Source of the DNA: Candidatus Electronema halotolerans
Lineage (GTDB): Bacteria; Desulfobacterota; Desulfobulbia; Desulfobulbales; Desulfobulbaceae
Assembly (NCBI GenBank): GCA_942493095.1
Contig: OW818675.1
Location: 1,320,001 to 1,352,000 of the forward strand
Reading direction: 5' to 3'
Length of the DNA stretch: 32,000 nucleotides
Below the pieces are notes generated by a model. That model was not told where the DNA came from. It searched no databases and was given only the letters and a program-made list of their open reading frames with translations. Each line of letters opens with the position of its first letter. Position 1 is the stretch's first letter. This document shows positions 25,190 to 32,000 of the stretch, one piece after another. A program made the position numbers and the translations under genes.

Positions 25190-26217
25190 ACAGATATCAA
25201 ACCCAGCAATGACGGAAAAACGATTTGATTGATTTTGACTTAACCGTTTTCAGAGATATATCATAAGCTTCCATCAGCTCACGCTCTGTTCTCGGCTTCA
25301 ATTTTCTTATAGTGTTTTTCATTACTGACCAGCAGTATTCAATAGGGTTCAGTTCAGGACGATAAGGAGGGAGGAAAATGATCTTCGCTCCTGTACTTCT
25401 GATCAAAGCGAGAGCTTCTTTGTTTTTATGAGGACTGGCATTGTCAAGAACGACTGTCTTGCTGCTGTCAAGATATTTCAAAAGATAATTTTTTATATAG
25501 AAATAAAAGACATCTCCTGTCATGGTGCCTTTAAATTTCATGCACTTCAATATTTTTCCAAACTTTACAGCTCCTATCATGCTTATTCTTTTCCCTTTAC
25601 CTGAAGGTCTTTTTGAAAAAGCTCTTGTTCCTTTTCTTGATCTTGCAAATTTTCTCGACATGTTCAAACAGCATCCTGTCTCATCAATAAAGATGAAATT
25701 CTTTTTGTCAGCCTCGAGCAGGCCTGCAAGGTAATTAACTGTCTTTGCTATATTTTCCTCTTTATACGCCGCCGGATCGCGGAAAGTTTTTTTTTCCGGC
25801 TGATTTTCAGTCTGGCGAGAGTTTCGCACAGCGTGGAAGGTGCTATTTTTAAATTGAATTTCTCGTATAAGCGATCACACATCTCTTCAAGCGTAAGATC
25901 GTTCTCGTCATCAATCATGCTGGTCAGAAAAGGCATATGAACTTCCTTGATTTTCGGAGGATTTCCGCCTTTATGAGGCTTCGGCTCAAGCGTCCCCTCA
26001 GTCTTCCATCTTTTTACAAGACTTTGAACAAATTTATAGGAAACGTCAAGCAAATCTGCAGTTCTTCTCAATGATTTCTGTTTTTCATAAACAGACAAGA
26101 CTTTCTTTCTGAAATCAATAGAATAAATCATGGCAGACCTCCGTGTGTAAAAAAATGGAAAAAACAGACAAGTCAAGTTTAATCTTTTTCTGATAACCAT
26201 ACAACCTGAAACCGCTA
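25173..26217 (-). mobile_element. IS630/Tc1-mariner family insertion sequence
   Basis: Imperfect terminal inverted repeats both start TAGCGGTTTC (25173-25182; reverse complement of 26208-26217). Flanked by a TA duplication (25171-25172 and 26218-26219), the hallmark IS630 target. Encodes an HTH plus DDE transposase in two overlapping frames. Confidence 0.9.
25197..26131 (-). CDS. IS630 family transposase (two frames joined by a putative -1 frameshift at the A9 run)
   Basis: ORFa starts MIYSIDFRKK at 26131 (GGAGG upstream) and contains the HTH region. ORFb has DDE motifs IFIDETG, VVLDNASPHK and PPYRPELNPIEYCWS. ORFb is in the -1 frame relative to ORFa. They overlap around CGG AAA AAA AAA C (T-run 25787-25795 on the plus strand). 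A slip gives ...LKISRKKK-KTFRDPAAYKEE... Confidence 0.85.
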
Positions 26218-26219
26218 TA

Positions 26220-27001
26220 TCAGGATGCAGGAGCAGGCAAACAGGATTACAATCAGCATTCAAGGCGGGCTGCACAGCAAAAGGCAGTATCTGGCTGTGA
26301 TCCGAGACGCTATTTCAAGACTTGGCTTTCAGGAGCTGAAACCGAAAGAGCTGGTTGAATTGCCCGGACATCCTGATACATTTGTAGAGTATGAAGAGCT
26401 GCTCGGTTATAAGCGGGCCGGAAGAGATGAATATTTTCACGGGAGATTAGGGAAGGCTTTCTCTGTCTCTGAACTGTTGGATAGTGTTGTCAGTAAGGAA
26501 GAACGAATAAAGGAAGGGAGAAATGTTATGAGTGTATCATTTAACAATATTGGCAATCCGCAGGTGCATCAGAATGTGCATCAAACCAACACGCAGACGA
26601 ACAGCCAGCAGCAGTCTGTTGATTTGCTCAATCAACTCAGAGAAGCGCACGGGCTGTTCCGCAATCTGAAAGAAGATATCCTTGCAGAGGCGGATATTGA
26701 AATCGAGGATGAAAAGGAAAAGAAACGGGTTCAGAATGAGCTGGACAAGGCGGAAAAGGCCCTGACTGAGGCGGAAAGCGCGGCTGAACAGGGAAAGGAA
26801 CTGGATGCTGCGACAAAAAGCCGCTTGGAGGAATTCTTCACCAGCCTTGCCGACAAAAGCTCCCGCCTCGGCAAAGCCTTGGAATTTGTTGATCAAGGAA
26901 CAAGAAAGATGCAGGAACTGGCCCGGACGTATAACAAGGTTGCGGCAAACATCGGCCTGCCTGCTGTGCCGCCGCTCCTGCTGGGGCAGGAGAAGGAATG
27001 A
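26220..27001 (+). pseudogene. Roco-family protein, 3' part (COR C-terminal segment plus Q/N-rich and coiled-coil tail)
   Basis: Removing 25173..26219 (the IS plus one TA) joins ...GVEAII to RMQEQANRITISIQGGLH... in frame. The ITISIQGG...LAVIRDAISRL segment looks like COR-B. Confidence 0.8.
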
Positions 27002-27058
27002 GACAAACGCTGACAGCCTGAACAGGCACGATTCAGATAGAAATTCAACTGTCCAGAA

Positions 27059-27205
27059 TCAGTCTTCATCATGGTCGTTTTCTTGGGCAGAGAAAATGGT
27101 GACTCCCGTAAGCACGGCAATCATCAGGGCACCAAAAAATACGGTCAAGGCAATGAAAGAGGAACAGGTGCAGTTTATTCCAGTCAAAAGAAACTGATGC
27201 GTCAT
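27059..27205 (-). CDS. possible small single-pass membrane protein (48 aa)
   Basis: MTHQFLLTGINCTCSSFIALTVFFGALMIAVLTGVTIFSAQENDHDED has one clear hydrophobic helix and an acidic tail. The SD is weak. No homology recognised. Confidence 0.25.
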   Translation of the reverse strand: MTHQFLLTGINCTCSSFIALTVFFGALMIAVLTGVTIFSAQENDHDED

Positions 27206-27431
27206 ATTTGCAGATTTTCCTCGTGAGTGTCCAGAAGCAACTTCTGTGCTCACAAGAGAAGCAAATAGCATACCAGCTTGGCTTGTCTTGAAATTTTGTC
27301 TTGTTTTCCTTGCCCTGATGGACATTCAGCCTGCTTCGCCTGACTGGAGGCAGCATCTTGTTCATCCTCCTGCTGGGCACTTTTTTCTCTTCTGCCGAAC
27401 AGATGGGTATCTTTTATCCAGCTGCCGCCCC

Positions 27432-27827
27432 TTATCTTCCGGCAGTTTTTGGACTGAAGGTGATGACATCATCTTTATTCGGTCTCGCTGAGATGGCATA
27501 GAGCCGGATTGCGCTGACCGCTGTTTTATCCTGCCGCCCTGCCCCGCCGTAGAGAACAATGCTGTTGAAATCCGGGGCAAGGCGCAGGAGAGCGGCGGCA
27601 AGGTCTGTCTCGGCGAAATCAGCGGAAACCGCATTGTCCGCCCTGCCCTCCAGCGTGATCTCAGCCCCGGTCTGGTCAGCGATTTGCTGGAGAATCTGCT
27701 TCAGCGGCAGGTTGCGCGCCTGCACAGTCAGCAGACCATCCTTAAAAGCCACCATTTCAGCACTTAGAGCAGGTGCGGCGGCAAGAAGCAGCAGCACCGC
27801 CATGCTGATTTTTTTTCTCTTTCGCAT
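27432..27827 (-). CDS. secreted hypothetical protein with STN-like (secretin/TonB short N-terminal-like) segment
   Basis: Signal peptide MRKRKKISMAVLLLLAAAPALSA. The segment LTVQARNLPLKQILQQIADQTGAEITLEG resembles STN/FecR-C type beta-alpha-beta modules. It lies 76 nt downstream of nrdJ on the same strand. Confidence 0.55.
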   Translation of the reverse strand: MRKRKKISMAVLLLLAAAPALSAEMVAFKDGLLTVQARNLPLKQILQQIADQTGAEITLEGRADNAVSADFAETDLAAALLRLAPDFNSIVLYGGAGRQDKTAVSAIRLYAISARPNKDDVITFSPKTAGR

Positions 27828-27903
27828 TCTTCTCTCTGGCAGTCATTGCAGCGGACAGCGACACGGAAGCTGCTCTGCGCCGCTGTCCGTGAAGATGATT
27901 CCG

Positions 27904-30900
27904 CTACGAGCAGCGCGAATAGCCGCAGTCGCGGCAAACCTCGCAGCCTTCGGTATAGACCAAGGTGCCGCAGCATTCCGGGCAGGAGGAGGTGAAGCCC
28001 TTCTGGGTTCCGGCCATGAACGATTTCAGCAGCCTGCCAAGCTGGGCAGGCAGATCGAGTCTATGGCCGCTGGAGCGGTCGAGCTGGCGGATGATCTCCT
28101 CCATCGGAATCTGATAGCGCAGGGCCAAGGAGACCAAGCGGCAGGTGGTGGTCCACATGGTGGATTTATCCTTCAAATCCAGCCGATTGTCAAAAGGAAA
28201 CTTGGCAAAGACCTCCATCGGGTTTTCCTTCTCGTCAAAGCAGACAATCAGATAAATCGAATTGCCGTCCGCATCCTTGAGTCGGTAGCGTTTCGCGTCA
28301 AGGACATCAGGCAGCTCTTTCTTCTGTAGCTCGCCTTGGCTGGAAACTGTGGCCGTCTTTTTGGCGGCAGAAGCGACAGTGCTGAGAACTTGGCCATCTC
28401 GCGAGCCGTCCCGATAGACTGTCAGACCCTTGCAGCCCAGCTCAAAACCGAGCTGATAAGAGAGGCGCACATCCTCTTTGGTGGCGGTCGAGGGCAGGTT
28501 GATGGTCTTGCTGATTGAGGAATCCACGCCATTTGTCTGGAGTGTTCCCTGCATTTTAATATGCTCTTCAGGAGCAATATCTTGAGCAGCCCGGAATATG
28601 CGCTGCCATTTCTCCGGGATTTCCGCCTGACCGAGCACCGTGCCGCACTGGGCCACCTTCCGCATCAGCTCTTCAGAGAAGAAGCCTTCCCGCTTGGCCA
28701 CACTCTCAAAATGTTTGTTGATCATCAGGAATCGGTCGTTGTCCATGACGTTTTTTTCTGTCACCACGGAGAAATACGGCTCGCAGCCAGAGGCGCAGTC
28801 GGCAATCATCGAGACCGTGCCAGTCGGCTGAATTGAAGTCAGAGCCGCGTTGCGCCGGGCCGTGTAATGGTTGTGCTGCGCATCCCAAGCCGGGAACGGC
28901 CCTTTCAGCTCGGCCAAGGCAATGGAGGCGGTTTCAGCCTCGTCACGGATGAAGCGCATGACCTTGGCGGCAGCGCAGCGGCCCTCCTCGTCGCCGTAGG
29001 ACAGCTCCTGCTGGATGAGCATATCGTGCAGGCCCATGATGCCAAGACCAATCTTGCGGGTCTTGCAGGTCATCTCGGCAATTTCCGGGATTGGGAAACG
29101 GTTGCAGTCAATGACGTTGTCCAAAAAGCGCACTGCTGTCCGCACGGTCTGGCTGAGGCGCGGGTAATCCACCGCCCCATCCTTGACGTACTGGCCCAGA
29201 TTTATTGAACCTAAATTGCACGATTCCATCGGAAGCAAAAATTGCTCGCCGCACTGAGGTGTGTTTATATAAAAATAACAACACGTTTCGTTGATTTTGC
29301 CAGAAAAGTGCCCGATGTAAAAGTTGTGAAATTCGTCAACCGTGCCGTTGTACACATCCTCAACTCCGTCGCGCTCAACCGAGACCACCCGATGGTTGAA
29401 GGTTTGAGCAGATTCCTTCAAGGCCTTAAAGGTCGGGAAACCGAATTTTGTCCCCAATCGCTTTGAAACGCCTTGATCTGCACAACGATTCTCCCAGTCT
29501 GTTTTCCACGGAGTTTGCCCCTGTTCAAATTGCAGATCAAGAAAACACTTCACCTGCTGCCGTTTAGTTTCTTCCGCTTTGGCAGCATACGTTGAATGGA
29601 TGCTTGCTGTAATTTTTTCCCGCATTGAGTGACTGCTGTTATGCCAAACAAAATAGCAGGGCTTGGAACAGAAAGATTGTTCACGTCTGCTCCAAGATAC
29701 GGCGTATAAATTGCCGCAATGTTCACAGCGGCGTTCAACCATGACACTGTTGCCGTCCAGAAAACAGCGCAAGTCAGTCATGGCTTGACATTCTGCCAGC
29801 TTTTGCTGCGCACGCTGTTGTATGTACTCTAATAAATTATCTTTATTGGCAGCAATGCCTTCTTTTACCAGAGCGGCATGGCGGGCACGATATGCTTCAT
29901 CTTGGAAGCGGAGTTTTGTTGTCGCACCAATCCGTTTTTTCGTTTCTTTGCTTCGCTTTGCCCCAACATGATGCTTGAGGCGGAGTTCCTGCTGCTTGAC
30001 CGGATCGTTCATCCAGTTCTTTTCCGGAAATCGCCGCATCGGATTGTTGTCTCCCTTACGGTCTTCCGCATGCAGCCTGTTGTGTGCAGCTTGACTCATC
30101 ACTTCAAGATTTGCTGGATCGTTGTTCAATCCATTGTAATCACAATGATGAACTACTTCGTTTTGCCCCAAATTCCTGCCAGTCTGTTGTCGATGGTGGA
30201 AATTGGCTATCAGTCGATGTTCAATTTGCCATTTTGGTTTATCTGTTGTAGATAACCAACGATAATATTGAGAAGAATTTTTCTTGAACTGAGCTTCACG
30301 TCTGGTCATCAGGCTCAGACTATCACCATGCAGCAGGTCTTTTGCCTCTTTGACACTGCCGTCAGAAAGCACGAAACGATGATTTTCCGTCACTCTCACG
30401 CTGTTGCCATCATCAAGGGTGACTTTCACAAGCTGTTTGCCATACCCGGTGATGCGTGGATTGCGCATCATCCGCACTGAAGCACCGCCTTTGCTGTTGC
30501 GGCAGAAGACTGGCACATCCTTTCCCTCTTCAGCAAGTTCACGGATGCTTACTGCTCCTCGGCCATCAGCTACGGCAACAAGTGTTTCACCGGCCAGACA
30601 AGGATTCGTGGCCTCAAATTCGCCAAGTTGCGGCGTGGCATTCGCCCGATTGGCCGCGTCTATGAACAGAACACCTGGCTCGCCGTTGTGCCATGCCAGA
30701 TCAACAATCTTGTCAAAAACCTTGGCTGCGTTCATCCGGCAGACTGTTTTGCGGTTGGAAGGGTCAATCAGATCGTATTCCTGATTGTTTCTCGCCGCTT
30801 CCATGAACTTGTCCGTGACTGCCACAGAGAAGTTGAAATTGGTGAACTTGCTCTGATCCTGCTTGGCCGTGATGAAGTCCATGATGTCAGGATGATCGAC

Positions 30901-31464
30901 CCGCAGGATGCCCATGTTGGCCCCGCGCCGCTTGCCGCCCTGTTTGATGGTCTCTGTGGCTGCGTCAAAGACCGCCGCAAAACTGAGCGGCCCGGAAGCC
31001 ACGCCTTGCGTCGAGCGCACTGCTGAATTTTTCGGACGCAGCCGGGAGAAGGAATAGCCAGTGCCGCCGCCGGTCTTATGCACCAGCGCGCCATGATGGA
31101 TGGAGGTGAAGATGCCGTCCATCGAATCCTCGACCGGCAGGACAAAGCAGGCCGAGAGCTGGCCAAGATCAGTGCCCGCGTTCATCAGGCAGGGCGAGTT
31201 GGGGAGAAAATCAAGATGATAGATCATGCGGAAGAACTGCTCGCGCAGCGTCTCGTAGTCTTCCATGCCGCTGTCCACACCCGCGACCGCATCCGCCACC
31301 CGGCGGCAGAGCGATTCCCAGTTTTCCAGCACATTGCCCTGTCCATCCTTGAGGTAGTAGCGGCGGCTCAGTACGGTCTCAGCGGTCTCTGTCAGGAGCT
31401 GTCTGGCAATGCTCCTTGTCATGTCTTTCCCCATTTTTTTCCCTTTTTGAGCTGTGATCAACAA
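27904..31464 (-). CDS. nrdJ: adenosylcobalamin-dependent (class II) ribonucleotide reductase, intein-containing
   Basis: N-terminus ...ETVLSRRYYLKD, PNSPCLMNAG, SACFVLPVEDSM, and the catalytic loop ATNP-C...CGEQFLLPMESCNLGSINL split by a 449-aa insert. C-terminal Cys-rich zinc ribbon CPECCGTLVYTEGCEVCRDCGY. The true start is more likely Met11 (31434) or Met15 (31422) than 31464. Confidence 0.92.
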   Translation of the reverse strand: MLITAQKGKKMGKDMTRSIARQLLTETAETVLSRRYYLKDGQGNVLENWESLCRRVADAVAGVDSGMEDYETLREQFFRMIYHLDFLPNSPCLMNAGTDLGQLSACFVLPVEDSMDGIFTSIHHGALVHKTGGGTGYSFSRLRPKNSAVRSTQGVASGPLSFAAVFDAATETIKQGGKRRGANMGILRVDHPDIMDFITAKQDQSKFTNFNFSVAVTDKFMEAARNNQEYDLIDPSNRKTVCRMNAAKVFDKIVDLAWHNGEPGVLFIDAANRANATPQLGEFEATNPCLAGETLVAVADGRGAVSIRELAEEGKDVPVFCRNSKGGASVRMMRNPRITGYGKQLVKVTLDDGNSVRVTENHRFVLSDGSVKEAKDLLHGDSLSLMTRREAQFKKNSSQYYRWLSTTDKPKWQIEHRLIANFHHRQQTGRNLGQNEVVHHCDYNGLNNDPANLEVMSQAAHNRLHAEDRKGDNNPMRRFPEKNWMNDPVKQQELRLKHHVGAKRSKETKKRIGATTKLRFQDEAYRARHAALVKEGIAANKDNLLEYIQQRAQQKLAECQAMTDLRCFLDGNSVMVERRCEHCGNLYAVSWSRREQSFCSKPCYFVWHNSSHSMREKITASIHSTYAAKAEETKRQQVKCFLDLQFEQGQTPWKTDWENRCADQGVSKRLGTKFGFPTFKALKESAQTFNHRVVSVERDGVEDVYNGTVDEFHNFYIGHFSGKINETCCYFYINTPQCGEQFLLPMESCNLGSINLGQYVKDGAVDYPRLSQTVRTAVRFLDNVIDCNRFPIPEIAEMTCKTRKIGLGIMGLHDMLIQQELSYGDEEGRCAAAKVMRFIRDEAETASIALAELKGPFPAWDAQHNHYTARRNAALTSIQPTGTVSMIADCASGCEPYFSVVTEKNVMDNDRFLMINKHFESVAKREGFFSEELMRKVAQCGTVLGQAEIPEKWQRIFRAAQDIAPEEHIKMQGTLQTNGVDSSISKTINLPSTATKEDVRLSYQLGFELGCKGLTVYRDGSRDGQVLSTVASAAKKTATVSSQGELQKKELPDVLDAKRYRLKDADGNSIYLIVCFDEKENPMEVFAKFPFDNRLDLKDKSTMWTTTCRLVSLALRYQIPMEEIIRQLDRSSGHRLDLPAQLGRLLKSFMAGTQKGFTSSCPECCGTLVYTEGCEVCRDCGYSRCS
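29254..30600 (-). mobile_element. intein (449 aa) with HNH-type endonuclease module inserted at the RNR catalytic Cys
   Basis: Begins CLAGETLVAV (block A) and has TENH (block B). HNH motif VVHHCDYNGLNNDPANLEVMSQAAHNRLH (about 30070-30153). CxxC...FCSxxC zinc-finger-like segment. Block F-like VYNGTVDEFHNFYIG. Followed by extein CGEQ. A sampled 60-nt line inside is 45% GC versus 62% in the flanking extein (hand counts at 29581 and 28981). Confidence 0.8.
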
Positions 31465-31741
31465 TTGGCTTCAGCGATTGTCCGGCTTGGCGGAACAATG
31501 AAGGCGGGCCTCTTTTCAGAGAAGTGTGGAATCCTTATAACCCAATATGTTGTACTTGCTCAAGCGAAAAATATGCTACCGGTTGTATTTTTTGCTTTCC
31601 AACAAGAAAACGCCTTTTTTCGCGCCGTTCAGAAAACCCGGCCTTTGTCAATCGTGTTTGAGGGCGAAAAATGCCGTTCTGAGCAAAATAGCCTGCCTGC
31701 AGAAAAGCGGGCCGAAATGGCGCGGCAGGGCAAAAATGCTG

Positions 31742-31770
31742 TTGACAGGCAGCCTTCTCTATGAAATGAT
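31742..31770 (+). promoter_or_regulatory. candidate sigma70-type promoter for the downstream zinc-ribbon ORF
   Basis: TTGACA (31742-31747), 17-nt spacer, AATGAT (31765-31770), about 100 nt upstream of the ATG at 31873. Confidence 0.3.
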
Positions 31771-31872
31771 GGCAGAGAGAAGGTTGCGATTTTTCCACCG
31801 CACAGCCTGCCGCTGCTGAAAAGGCGGGCAGGTTGTTCGTTTCTGCTGAATTTTTTCTGTCAGGCTGAAATC

Positions 31873-32000
31873 ATGCGTTGTCCCAAATGCAACTACATCT
31901 CCTTTGACGAGATGGAGATATGCGGCGGCTGCAAAAAAAATATTTCCAAGTATTCAAAGGTGCTGCATGGAGTGATCTTCAAAGCGGAAACACCTGATTT
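31873..32000 (+). CDS. zinc-ribbon domain protein, 5' partial (runs off window)
   Basis: Hand translation MRCPKCNYISFDEMEICGGCKKNISKYSKVLHGVIFKAETPD... with a CxxC-x12-CxxC motif. Open to the window end. Confidence 0.4.
   Translation, partial: MRCPKCNYISFDEMEICGGCKKNISKYSKVLHGVIFKAETPD

Noticed and set aside
31465-31860. Looked for a cobalamin riboswitch or NrdR boxes upstream of nrdJ. One partial palindrome, ACCCAATATGTTGT (31540-31553), resembles an NrdR half-consensus.
   Set aside because: No B12-box-like core or conserved riboswitch helices were seen. Only one weak NrdR-like box was found, with no second box at the expected ~31-bp spacing. This is not enough to call.
1-32000. Scanned intergenic regions for tRNA, rRNA, tmRNA or CRISPR repeats.
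   Set aside because: No cloverleaf-like or rRNA-like sequences and no regularly spaced short repeats were found. The intergenic gaps are short or are explained by the features above.

Overview
The window is about 60% GC by eye. Housekeeping genes (htpG, a TauE/DUF1634 permease pair, class II ribonucleotide reductase nrdJ) are interleaved with a mosaic of defence-type and mobile DNA. No rRNA, tRNA or CRISPR array was seen.

The main candidate is a tightly packed minus-strand operon at 6893..15270. It encodes:
- a Trypco2-like small protein;
- a trypsin-like protease fused to a P-loop (STAND-type) NTPase;
- a 1463-aa STAND NTPase with TPR repeats;
- two small paralogous peptides of 56 and 52 aa, absent from the ORF track, sharing a [FY]ALGS[HN] C-terminus;
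- a radical SAM/SPASM enzyme with a C-terminal PqqD-like peptide-recognition domain.

This looks like a protease/NTPase conflict system coupled to a RiPP-like peptide-modification module. I do not recognise that combination as described. Part of the operon is strongly AT-rich. The whole block is bracketed by the 3' end of a giant thioester alpha-2-macroglobulin gene (15569..20992) and a decayed copy of that same 3' end (6602..6815).

Other accessory content:
- an OLD/PARIS-like ABC-ATPase plus Toprim gene flanked by ~50-bp direct repeats;
- a HicB/FN3 chimeric remnant;
- a Roco (LRR-Roc-COR) gene split by an IS630 element with a TA duplication and an A9 frameshift site;
- a single-ORF IS66-family element;
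- an HNH-containing intein with a non-canonical C-terminus inserted at the catalytic Cys of nrdJ.

All domain calls come from motif reading by eye. No searches were run.
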